Shown here: positions 10,662-23,500 of the stretch, one piece after another
How the letters are laid out: every line of letters starts with the position of its first letter
Position numbering within the stretch: position 1 is the first letter of the stretch
The notes under the pieces: generated by a model
What the model was told of the DNA's origin: nothing
Database searches by the model: none
What the model saw: only the letters and a program-made list of their open reading frames with translations
Source of the DNA: Laetmonice hystrix
Lineage: Eukaryota
DNA: 64,000 nucleotides
Assembly: GCA_965235115.1 (NCBI GenBank)
Contig: OZ249441.1
Coordinates: 10,974,001 to 11,038,000 of the forward strand
Reading direction: 5' to 3'
Position numbers and translations under genes: made by a program

Positions 10662-13600
10662 TTATCAAGCTTCAAGCAACGCACTGTTTAGCTGCTTCCG
10701 CCTTTTTATGCCTGCTGAGGGGAAACACCGCCCACATCTTTCAGCACAGTAAGCGGCCATGTGCATCGATCCACGCTGTCGGGGTGGCCGTCACACTTCA
10801 ACCTGAGCGTGCAATGGTGGGAGATATGGGAGGCCCAGGCAGGTGGGTTGTAATATGTATGGAAGCGGGAGCAGGGCTGGGTGTTGGTGTACGTCTGCAT
10901 GGTGTGCTTACGCACATAATATGTGTATGTACATGTGTGTGTGTCTGCATTGATGTATGCACCGATGTTGTACATTATTCGTCATTTCACAGGGCACACT
11001 TTAATATTTCAGATTCAGAACCCGAACATGTGTATATCAGAGAACATTATACTGGTGTCAATCACACCTGTCAATTAGAATTTAACAAATTGGTCTTCAA
11101 TTTAGCTGCTCTAAAATATTTGAAATCATAGTCATACGATTGCACTAGTTTTTCTTCAAAAAGGTATTGTACTGTATACGCCATTTTCAATGACGGTTTG
11201 TGCCATTAAGTGAACGTGTGAAATGTTCTCAGAAAGCCTGCTGTCTCGTTCTCGGCCCATCAGAGTGCACCACAAAGATAGGTCCATTTGCTTTCGGAGT
11301 CAATTAGTGGCTTTTCCCAGGTGCCCAAATCGGACTGAAAGGCTTCCTTTGCGGTGTTTGGTTTCTAAGGACCATTTCTTGCCGCCAGGAAGGTAGCCAC
11401 ACTTTTGTGCAAGGTGTCATGGAGTTTGACAGAGCGGCACCTCCTCGTGATTTCAGTGTAATGACCGGCGACAAATGTTTTTCTTCGTTACCCGCTAGGC
11501 GAACTCGTTCAATTCACGCGACTCTCGTGATTGCCCACAGCAATAAACTCGCATACAACCTTGAAATGATCCAACGGTCACAGAGGTCAGGTCGAGGTCG
11601 GATCTTAACAGTGGATTCTCGGCGGGTGTCCTTTGGATGTGGTGGGAAATTAAAGTTGTCAACGAGAGCCAGGGTGGGTTGTCGGACACGGGACTGCCTG
11701 CTGGGAGAGTGGGTTCGGTCGGGGATATATTTACACCGCAATCTGTCAGTCACCGTGACGTAATGGTTGGGGGCCCACGTTGCCATGGTGTGTTGGCCAG
11801 GGATCCACAGTGAGCCAAGTACCGTTGAAGGGGCGGGGACGTGGTGTTCTGCCATAGAACAAGACAGAACGCGGGGCAGGTTGACTCTAGTTACCTGAAG
11901 ACGACGCGAGTGGCCATGCGAGCTTGTGGCATTGTGAAAGGGCAGCAGTGGAGGAGGACGCCTCACAATGTAGGCGTGAAGACATCTCGAGCGACTTGAC
12001 AGCAATGTTCAATGACCCTCCTAACACTTGTGGTCGCCACGACCGCTGGCCTATTATCTTGGTGGTAAAATGAAGTTACATGGGCTTTTGGCACCTTGGT
12101 TTGAAGGGGCATGGAATGTTGGCATGTGGCTTCTGTTTCAATGGGAACTTGGATCCTATGTCTGACTCACTGAACCGTATTATATGTTGAGGTTTATTGG
12201 ATAAATAGAGGCCTAGACTCAGCTCAACTTTGGGTATACATTAGAAAGTTGCCCACTTTACTAACCTGTTCAAGTAGTTTTCGGAAAAGGCCACAAAGCT
12301 TCATATCATCTATTACACCTGTGCCTATCTGAAGAGTGGGAAACGTTTCGGGTCAGTGACAGTTCACGGGAATGTAATATCCCTGGCGGAGACCCGGTAA
12401 ACCAGCCGGTTATCACTTGAGATGGTAACTCAGGATTAACCCTTATCACGCCTCTAAAACGGTCGTTTTCTCAGGTTTCTCAACATGATCCTCTTGGTTC
12501 AAAGGGACACATTTCCAGGTCTGTAAACCAATGCCTCGCCCTGACAGCCGCTGGCTTGATAGCATAGCCGTCGCCATCAACCTGATGGCTGTTATTTTCT
12601 CCCAGGCTCGCGCCATGCCGGAGGGCCTGAGTTGGACATGATCGTACAAGATCAATAAATATCTGCCTCCACTGACGCTAATACTCATCCTTACACTACA
12701 ATACAAAGATAACAGCAAGGGACGCACACGAGGACATGGGCACCTTGTAGAAGATGGTTCCTGATAGCCACTCTCTGCTGGCCACCTATAGGACGGATAC
12801 CGACCGTATACTTCAAATAAGACGCCGCCACCAACGTCAAAGAGGACGCCAAGAAAAGGAACAAGTCTGTAATTTAAGACCAGATAGATGGTTGCGACAA
12901 CTCCTACACCAGGTAGATACAAGGCAGAATTCCAGAACTTGGAACTTGGGTTAAGAATGCTTGAAGAAAACTTAACGCTCTAATAGCAGTTTCTGCACTG
13001 GATATACGTTGCTTTTTACAAATATGTTAGAACAGCATGAAAATTTAAGTCATCAGACCTACGTATATAGCTTTGATTTCCCCCAAGATAACCTAAAGCC
13101 ATTTAACCTTACTGTTATGTCTTCTTCTCTATCAAAGGCTGCTTTTACCGAGGTCTAACGATAGCATTATCCACTGTTCTAAACACTCAGGGCTTTACTA
13201 TCGGACGCTGAACCGCGTAATAGAAAATGCAAGACTCCCCCGAGAACAAAGTTTACCTGTCTCTCTGATCTTAAATAAACGTCGGGATACCACACAAATA
13301 CCGCAACTATTTGTGACACCTTTTTAATGGTATATTCGACAATTGTCTCTCCTGCTGCTCTTCACGTAACGTAGAGTAAAAGAAGTACTGTGCACGAGCA
13401 AGCAGTATCCACACCTATTCACATGCTTCAAAGCCGTACCAAACAGTGCGTGGTTGCGTAAAACTGTGTAATTTGTGGGTAATTGACCCCCGTGTGGCAA
13501 TCACTACAGAAGGCTTTGTTGGCGACGATGTAGTCATTACCTTTACGGGAGACTTTGATTTCAGTTACTCTTACTGGGGTGTTGTTTAGTGCTTTCAGGA

Positions 13601-16600
13601 TTGCTCAACATGATGTCTCAATGCAAGCGAACAAGGCTTGTAATCTCATATAATGACACTCAAATACATGTACCTACATGGTCACGATCGTCGACATGGA
13701 CCATGTATTTGGGCAGGTTTCACAAGGTTACAATCTTTAATTTGCTTCAAGGCATGTATGTCCCTGATTGTGAAAAAGCGCGTTTGCTTGGCCTACTGTT
13801 GCCGGTTAGCGACCCACATATTTCAGATAAACCAGAACAATGGGATTTCTATGAAAGCGTAATGATAGAAAACTAATGAAGCGAACAGTTAGGGTCCGTA
13901 TACATGATACTTAGCGGTGTTTAACACCATCATTTTCTTATCGACAGGTACTTCGCCACATTAGTCACGGCGGGTAATATTCTACTGGAGAACATGTGTA
14001 TCGTTCTTAATGAGCTTTCAGTGTGTCGTCATAAAACGGGAAGACAATAAGGTCTCGCGCGGATAACCTGTGGGTATGGGTCTACTTCCGGTTGATTTGC
14101 CCCGGCTATCTCAGGGAGAATTGACATGATTGTTGCCCTAACGTTCTCATGTACAGTTAGAGTTTATAATTTACATACTTAGATTGACTGTGAGAAAGGT
14201 CAGTCATATGTAAGTAATACACTGGAGGTGGCCTGGCACTAAAGTCTGTCTTGGGACATATCAGAGGGACCCTATATACCACTTTAGGGAATACCAGTCG
14301 CCTCTAAATGCCCACGTCGACCAAGCGACATTTTGACAGGCAGTGAAACCAAGATGCCTAAAAGATACGCTAAGTGCATCGGGGGCGTCAATCATGGGAC
14401 AAGTGCGCCGAATCGTGGTTGACCATTGAAAGTGACCATAGGCGTGGACAATACCAGTATGTCCATAAGACCCCCTCGGACTTAACCCTTGACCGTAGCA
14501 TATGCCATTCATCGGGTGGCGTTCAGCCATGCACGTACGGATGGCGATTCGAGGGACAATTACCACTGACACAGTGGACGTCAAGACTCTTGAAGCGGTC
14601 GCCTCTGCGTGTCAGTCACTCGGTAGCCATGGCACCAAGTGACAAACAAGAGATCCCTCAATAGGAGCGTTCGTGTGTGAAAGACTGACGATCGTTTGAG
14701 GAGTCAATACGACCAGGCATTGTCTGTTCGTCCGTGGTGCAACAGTGGCGGCAAAGAAACCAGCTTTCGGACTGCTTCCTGGAACATGGACGTGTCGATA
14801 CACTGGAAGGAAATCTGTGTCTCTCAAGAAATGGTGAAAGTATGTATACGAAACGAGGGTTTACAGAAATAACATGATTGTATCAAGCTGATTTCTTATA
14901 TTTTGTTCAAGAATGCAGTGGCGAGTAATGAACACTAAAAACTTTAACGGACCTGGAAAACTGCACGTTTACTTCCCCTTGAACACTCTGATAGTTGAAT
15001 TGTCGCAAGTAACAACGATATCGACGATTAAGTGACCTGGACAGTGTTAAATCTGATTGCCATCCCGACTGGCCCCTGGATTGTGTCTGCTCGGCCGAGT
15101 GCACTCACTTTCACAGCCTATTACTCTGGTGATGGTTGGTGAAGTCAACCCGTGTTTTGTGGCTGACCATCCTTTTGTGGCACTCACGGGAGTCGTCAGT
15201 GATTCTGGCGACAATCACAGGTTGGACTTCATTCGGTCAGTGACAGCGTCTTCAGCTGACTGATGACTGCTAATTCTGACGACCGACAACTTTACAACTT
15301 GGCCAAGCCCGCCCCTTTTATTGACACCAGTCTCGTCCTCTCAAAGTGAACCATTGACGTGGTGAATGACTAGTCGTCATCACCACGACCATCAACTGAT
15401 CATTCTCCAATCACTCACCTCTCTCACACCATGATTAGCCAACAAATTTTTCTACCGATCACCTCGGAGATTGCCCAGAAAGGAAAACGATTATTAGAAG
15501 TACTTATAGGCCTACGAACAGTTTCGTGGCTTCCACAAAGTTCTTCAAAGGATTTAATAGTTATTAGACAGAGCAGTACTTGGCCTGCTTCAAAAGTATG
15601 AAATGAATCATAGTTGATGAAAATAAAGAAATAATGATTAACTTTAATGAATCCAATTCGTTTTCTTTGAGATGTGCCTGCCACTGATAAATGCAGGAAA
15701 TAGGTTTGAGAATTAAGTGTAGAATGAATCAAATCAAGTATTCACAAATATCAAAGGCTCTTCTATAAAGTTCCCATATCAGTTCCTTTGTCGACATGAA
15801 ACTTGAAAAGTAGTTTTAGTATAATGACGAACATAACACAAGCCGTGTAGGCAGATGAACTGTGGAATTCACATTTGAGTAAATTTACTTTTGGCCGATA
15901 AGAATCTGTGATCTGCGCATTGTCATATCTGTGTTTTTCCAGGTCCTTCACACTGGTGGATGATATTTACATATAACACTCAAAGAAATACGTGATGAGT
16001 AATGGTTGGAGTGGGAGCGTTCCCCGATGATGACCCCAGCCTTTACCCCGTTATCTCTCTCTCCCTCAGTTGACCTTTCCCAGGCACGTATTTTAATATG
16101 CAGGGTTTTATGGGGCAGGTTTGGGCACATCTACTCTGTGAGTGTTATCAATAGGTTTGTGATGATATGATTGGTCTAATCCCTAGACTGGTACGATGGC
16201 CTGGGAGGACGACGCTAGGTGGCGCTAGGTGTGGTTCACATGTACTTGTCGTTATAACTCTCCAAATGTAGTCCCCCCCCTACGTTCTAGCAGCTACTGA
16301 TATGCGCATATTTATACACCCATGCCTCATGACCGCCAGGAAAATATACAGGTGGATGGACGGACGCCATGAAATGATGATATCCTCTCTGATAGCAATC
16401 TTAGAGTGCACACAGACAGACGTGAAGAGCCAAACATCGGCAGAACCATCCCGTAACATCATACAAAGGATGATGGAACCATAAAACCCACAACTCGTAT
16501 TTTTGTATATCGTTAACGACATGAAGAGGTGAAGGGTTCAAGGAGCCACATGGCTCTAGTGCTTACACCAATCGAAGACTGCATGGACAACCTCGAGAGA

Positions 16601-18322
16601 GATAGCTGACGCAAATGGTAGAACCTCTTGAGACTGAAGTGGTCTCCGCGCTTTATTTTATGGATGCCTATAGCAGGCGGCTTATCGGCCAAGTATAGAC
16701 GGGTAGGCTGTGGTGGTCCCTCGAACGATACCATTCTGGCTGCATTATCGGATTTCCTGATCGAAGGTTCGTCCTCATCTCAGCAGCACCGAGCTTTTTA
16801 CTCTGGCAGACAAAAAGATCTTTTCAGTCAGTGTGACGCTCCTGCACTTGTGACTGGCCAAGAATTGTGGAGAGGGAACCCACCTCTCGTGTCATGTGGC
16901 CCCTGTTTTGTCAGTCAAGAACCTATTCAAGGCTCGTGCAGAAAAATATCCTTTGACCACACCGTTAAAAGAATCATCTTCAAGTGTCAACGCTGCCACT
17001 CTCAAATCTAAATCTATACAACCCCGGCTTACGCCGACCCCAAAGTACGTGTGTCTATATTTACCTTTTATCTGATTCTCTACACAAACTAACCTCACCT
17101 TTATGTAGGCCCGAGTAGACGAGACAATGATGAGCCATCCCATGCCGATAAAAACAAGATTTTGTTCTTCCTTTAAATTTTTTAAAATGTTATCTTTGAC
17201 AGGCACCTATGCCATTCATCAACAACATAACGAGCACGACGTATACAAACACGAAGGCCGGAGATGGGTGCACCACCATATTGTACCAAGGGTAGTGGAG
17301 TCAATGGACGGTCAGTTATCGACGCGCCCACCTTGCCGTGCCATAGATCGTTAGCCTAATGGTATCAATGGGAGGCCTGCTATCTGTCCACTTGTATTGA
17401 TCTCCTACAGTAGGGACGCTAACTGGTGTCTACACGTCCCGATCTCATGATTTACAAGGTGTCGTCCCCACAGCGGGCCTGACCTGTCGCTGACAGTGCC
17501 CCCTCCTCCCCGGTAAGCCACACCCACTGAGTCTGGCATCACCTCTATTTCCCCCTCACCCCAGGAGCGGGGCGCGTTTTATCAACCCCCTAGGGGTGGG
17601 GGACGTAGAGTGGCGATAGTCACCAAGGGGGGTGTTCTGGTCAGTCGAGGTGACAATGGCCAAGGAGTCGAGCGGGCGCCCAGCACATGCAACTGTGCAC
17701 CTTGCCCCTCTTGGGTGGCATCTTCCTTACCCTTCGGGCGTGGAAGGCTTGGCCAGTGGTCAGTGTCAGAGGCTAAGATGAGCTGGCCATTGGTCAAGTC
17801 AAGATGCCAAGGGTCAGGGTATATGGTGAAGGCCTTTAAGAGGCTGGCACTCCCAAGGTCGCATACTTGACCGCCCCAACAGTTTATACATAAAAACCGA
17901 CGACATGTCCCCCTCCGTATGAAAGGCTTGGGGCTAATAAATATTTGAGATGTCTCGACCATTGTATTCCGAGTGCTAAGACCTATGCACCTTTTCACGA
18001 TGAATCTTCTACGGTGGGGCAAGCCTAGGGCTTCGGCCCTAAATGTGAAACTGAAGCCTGTGTCTGCTTTCATAGAGAGGTGTCACTAAAAGATACGTTA
18101 TTCCCACATCGCGTACTTTCTACATACATACATACACTCCTCATCCTGGATATACTTGTAGATATTATAAAGATGATCCGTGCCTGACTGTGTATATTTA
18201 GAAGCCAATTTTCGTCCTTTGCATTGAAGATCCTCTCCTTATGAACGTGAGGGATTATGTTTCCAATATGGTACCCATACACCTTTCAAGTCCAAGTAGT
18301 GAAGAAAGCCACGTGTGGAGTG

Positions 18323-19137
18323 GAGTGTGATGTCAGGAGGTGGCGGTTGGACGTAAGTCAGACACCAGACACGGATAGGTACTGTACCCATCCTCAAACA
18401 TCCCAGTATCCCTGAGTGTGATGTCAGGAGGTAGAGGTCGGACGTAAGTCAGGCACCAGACACGGATAGGTACTGTACCCATCCTCAGACATCCCAGTAT
18501 CCCTGAGTGTGATGTCAGGAGGTGGAGGTCGGACGTAAGTCAGGCACCAGACACGGATAGGTACTGTACCCATCCTCAGACATCCCAGTATCCCTGAGTG
18601 TGATGTCAGGAGGTGGAGGTCGGACGTAAGTCAGGCACCAGACACGGATAGGTACTGTACCCATCCTCAGACATCCCAGTATCCCTGAGTGTGATGTCAG
18701 GAGGTAGAGTTCGGACGTAAGTCAGGCACCAGACACCGATAGGTACTGTACCCATCCTCAGACATCCCAGTATCCCTGAGTGTGATGTCAGGAGGTAGAG
18801 TTCGGACGTAAGTCAGGCACCAGACACCGATAGGTACTGTACCCATCCTCAGACAGTATCCCAGTATCCCTGAGTGTGATGTCAGGAGGTGGGGGTCGGA
18901 CGTAAGTCAGGCACCAGACACCGATAGGTACTGTACCCATCCTCAGACATCCCAGTATCCCTGAGTGTGATGTCAGGAGGTGGAGGTTGGACGTAAGTCA
19001 GGCACCAGACACCGATAGGTACTGTACCCATCCTCAGACATCCCAGTATCCCTGAGTGTGATGTCAGGAGGTGGAGGTTGGACGTAAGTCAGGCACCAGA
19101 CACGGATAGGTACTGTACCCATCCTCAAACATCCCAT
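18323..19137. repeat. Minisatellite, 91-bp unit, about 9 copies
   Basis: GAGTGTGATGTCAGGAGG... recurs at 18323, 18414, 18505 and onward (period 91). Confidence 0.96.
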
Positions 19138-19958
19138 GATCCCTTGTCAATGTGTCATCCTTACAACCAGTGATGATGGCCGCCTCACATGGCTGCTATT
19201 CTACTTGACCCTATCTGGAAACACAATTGACCTTCCTTTAACTTTAACTCCTAGACTGGCGATTCATAACGTTTGACGCCACGAAGATATCCAGGTGCTT
19301 GTCATTTACATAATATAAGCGGCGGCGCTGTCTAGTCTCGTTGGTTTGTGTGTATATGATGAGTAGGAACGAGACATAGAAGTCTCCCCCGAACGGCCAT
19401 TATATCGACCCACAAATATAAGGCCGCACATTCATACTTGCAGTCCGCCGGATCTTTTATTCACATGTGAATTAAGACGATGTAAATCCATGGAGCGGTT
19501 CGCCTTAACGATATTCCACACGTGCTGACGGGTTTAGCCGATAAGATGGCTTCAGACATGACCTTCAAACCTTAGGGGGTATTTACAGTTCTTGAAATGC
19601 AATCAAAACCTGTCAAAGGTTGCCGGATTTGCACATGTCCAACCGACCCGCTGTCCAGGTCAAGTCAAGGGTCGCCGCACTTGTCACTGGTCATCGGACT
19701 CCCGTGGCCGACCGAGGGGAAGAACGCCGGGTGTTGAGAGATGGCTGGGACCTGTTTAGTCTAGTTGTCAGGACACTGCCCAACCTGCAGGACATTTCCT
19801 ACCAAGGTCTGTCCCTTCGCTGTGCTCTACTGTCGCTAAAAGTGCCCAGCTGTGAGTGGTTGCCAACTCTTGGCTAGATGATCTCGCGAGTTTATCGAAA
19901 CCCCAAGACTGTTCTACAGGTATTACAAAACACGCCATGGTTTATTGGCTATTTGCAA

Positions 19959-20060
19959 TACGCCGAGATAATGCACCAATTTAGAGACACAGTACGCCGA
20001 GATAATGCACAAATTTAGAGACACAATACGCCGAGATAATGCACACATTTAGAGACACAA
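19959..20060. repeat. Tandem repeat, 34-bp unit x3
   Basis: TACGCCGAGATAATGCACMAATTTAGAGACACA repeated three times. Confidence 0.9.
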
Positions 20061-20415
20061 TCCCTGAACGAATGTTGAATTCCATCACTTTTTCTTTTGG
20101 TGTTGAAAGGCTCCATATAGCGGGTGACATGGTGGGTGAACGCCCGGAGGGGGTACATGGCTTCCTTCCAGGAATACAGAACCACCTCCGAGGAGTTCCC
20201 ACGACCCCAGTCAAGCAGACACTGTATCTGGAAAACTTTCTCCATGCTGAACGTGATCATTTATAGTTCACCTTTCTGGAAGTTAACATTTATGACCGGG
20301 GAAAATTGTTAACTTGTTATGGCATCTTTTGGATCTGAAGTTAATGAAGACCAATAAAATTAGGCCTATATATCTTTTCTTCAATAGAGACACCTAAAAG
20401 CACAAAAGTGCGAAG

Positions 20416-20562
20416 TCTCGAACATACTTATAAAGTATACTTAAGTCTGAGTTTCACTCAAATCTACTCAAAAGAACGTTTTCAGCCAATGTGAATCCTC
20501 CATTTCCTGAGTTGAGTAAAGTTGAGTGAAACTCAGACTTAAGTATTTTCGAGAAGCTGGGC
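20416..20562. mobile_element. Small palindromic MITE-like element
   Basis: Perfect 25-bp inverted repeat ATACTTAAGTCTGAGTTTCACTCAA (20437-20461) / TTGAGTGAAACTCAGACTTAAGTAT (20522-20546), extended imperfectly by TCTCGAA / TTCGAGA. Confidence 0.7.
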
Positions 20563-23500
20563 CATAATTAAATATAATTTAAACCTAAAAATCCGGGCCA
20601 AAGCATGAACGGACTGCTCTGTCGCCCCGCTGAATTCGGACAGATCAGTTAAATCGCTCTTCCGTAATTCCGCGATGCTGGTACATGCCAGGAATTGAGG
20701 CCTCCTGCGTGCGTGATGTTGACCAGCTGGTCGGTCGGGCCCAGCCATTAAACCACTGGTGACAAGGTCCAGACGATCCTGACAGGGACGCTGTGGCAGG
20801 AACGCGGCGTCTGTCCACAGCGCCCCCTACCTGCACGCCCGGCTGGTGACTCTCGGCGCTCGGTATCCCACCGTAATTAGCGTTCAATTGCACTGTAATC
20901 AGCTCTGTCATTGGTCGGATACTGACTACAGATAACGTTCTTCGCCAAGTTTAACATTTCCTATTTTCCCTCCGCCATTTCTCATTTGCAGGCTAAGAAA
21001 AAGGGAGAAAACATTAAATTTAAGGGGGTTCCCCCCAAAAACTCTTTTTTGTGCTATAAAACTGATATATTTTTAAACCATATAGGTCAGTGTACGTGAG
21101 ACAGGCATAACAGCAACGCTGTCAAGTCTCGCGTGATTACGCTGACATAACGAGACACACATCGTGCATTATGGGTTATGCAACAAGAGTAAACCACGCT
21201 CCTTCCTCACCCACGTTTAGCTGGATGACGACAATTTGACGGCGCCCGAGCGCGTCACGTCCTCTCAAAGCTGACAGTTTGGGAACCAAAGCCGATAATG
21301 ACGCTGGGATTTGTGGCCACGAGCATGAACGACTGGTGCGGCACCTGGTGCCGGATGGAAACACTCCTACACTGACGTGTTAATGTTCATTACGGTGTCC
21401 TAAAGTTTCGTACTGTGTGGGTCTCTCTCAATGTCGTCAATCAGGCCCTGCGTAATATTTATATTACGTCATGACGTCAGACAGCAGACGTGCATGGACA
21501 CAAGGTCATGATAAATGACCGTGTGTGGGGGTAAAGGACGGCGGTAGATGATTTAAGAGCTGAACCCATGCATTAACAAAGGGATACGGTGTTCGGAACT
21601 TGGCATGTGGCCTCAGACATTATTTTAAATGCTATAAAAGAGATATTCCGTTGCCTTCGCTTTGAAATGTTCTTCACCTTTGTATTGCTCTGACCCTCTC
21701 CATAAAGAGGGGTGCTCTCGAAATGATAGCTGTTCACGGCCTATGACCCTTGGTGTCCGCCCTCGCACGAGCCAGCCGTAGCCAAACCACCCCTTACCTC
21801 CCCTGCCCCGCCCAGCAATGACAAAATACTCTAGAAAAAAACAAGCTAAGACAAAGACGGCTGTCATGAGATAAGACCCGGGCTCGCCCTATGTAAAGAC
21901 CTGGGAAGGGTAGAGATACATATCGCTGTATTATGGGGAGGGAGTAAGGGGGTGAAGGTGCTTCCTCTCCACCCAAGGGTAAACACCAAGCACGCCAACT
22001 TTCTCCGGTAGATCCGCGGGCGACAATGCCAAAGTGAGGTTTTATGTCCTGAGGATAGACGCCTAGGACGCCACTACATGTCAAAGGGCAAGTCATAATG
22101 GCCCCTAGGCGGGGTACTCTTATACTTCGTGAAAAATACACACCGCTATTCTAAACAGAGGATTCCCTGTCTAGTGATGGTCGCTAGATGTGTATATGCA
22201 CATGTGTATATACCAGTCGATATTAAAACACCCCACTTTAGCACCGCTTTTTCCGTTTTCCTCTTTGTTTTATTTTTCCATGACTTGGGGGTAATTTCTT
22301 AATATTATGTTATCCCCTTAGTCACTAAAATGGTTGAACGGGTTGCCTATGTATACACTATAGGCAAATAGGATACCAAAAACCAGGATTGACATGGGGT
22401 CCAAAAAAATCGAGTGGGAAACGAGGCCCATGTCTGTATCGATATCATTTGCAGACGGTAGGTCGTGAAAGTATAATTCTCCTAATTACCTTTCCTCTAG
22501 ACACATAACGTGTAATTTTGTTATGGGGTACATGGGTTCGTCATACACAGGTATCTTGGTCGACTTCTATATGGGAGGGGAGGGGTGTTCCGGAGTCCCC
22601 TAGGGGCGGGGCGGAAGTGAGTAGTGGGTAACATCCCCTCCCGCCCCCACTAATAACTCGCTACCCCCCATGGCTCCGTGCGAGCTGTTGTCTCCGCGAT
22701 AGACCCATTACTTACGGTATACGTCGGGCAGTCTGTATAGGTTGTCCTATACCAGGTAGGTTACTGCCCGCTCAATTTGTCCACTTCTATTTATGATCGA
22801 ATGTTTCATGTTTTGGCTTTATCAAGCCTCCATGTATCAAACCAACCACGCAACAGTTCTTATATAGGCATACAGAGTAAGACTATCCTTTATAATTTGT
22901 ATAATAGAATATATTAAAAGTGCAAAATTTCTATGGAAAATTGCGAGGGAAAGTCTCCTAAAAATATACAGTAAATGTACCTTCGAGCCCGCCACTTCTA
23001 TTGTCGTTTTATGACTTGAAGACGGGAGAATCACAGATTGCCTTCTCGACGGGTGGTGGGACCTTTGGATAACCTATATATCTCCACTTACTTATAGGAT
23101 GGATCGATTAAGACACATCGATTAGGTGTCATCAGGTCCATGCAGACACAGGTACTAAACGGGACTCCTTCAGGGAAGTTCTAACGTTACAACAGGTCGT
23201 GTGACATTACAGATCTTTATCGGAGCCAATTTCTACTGAGAAACCCTTACCGAGCGCCTGCCGTCTATACCATGTGGTAATTGTAAGCTATAGGAACAAC
23301 CACTCACAATACGGATGTCTCAGGAAAAGGTGGCTAGAGATCGGCCTACGTTTTGAGGTGGGGGTTCACCGACGGAGAACCGGGGGAGGGGATTGCAACC
23401 GATGAGAAACGCACATCGCGTCATTCGTCATCATAATAATTCCGCGCCTACACCTGCAGCGCTGATGATTCCTATAGGCATATCAACTTTCTGTAGTGGT

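Noticed and set aside
12329-12352. CTGAAGA-GTGG-GAAACGTTTC resembling a minimal Penelope-type hammerhead
   Set aside because: There is no G-C closing pair for stem II, no stem I complement and no adjacent Penelope RT sequence.
12720-12760. RTRGH motif reminiscent of CR1/L2 LINE C-terminus
   Set aside because: The following KL...FF..RV..WN motif is absent and the frame closes immediately.
15117-15263. FVADHPF serpin-like motif after a good acceptor
   Set aside because: The residues after HPF (VALT) fail the serpin signature, and there is no hinge/RCL or other serpin exon nearby.
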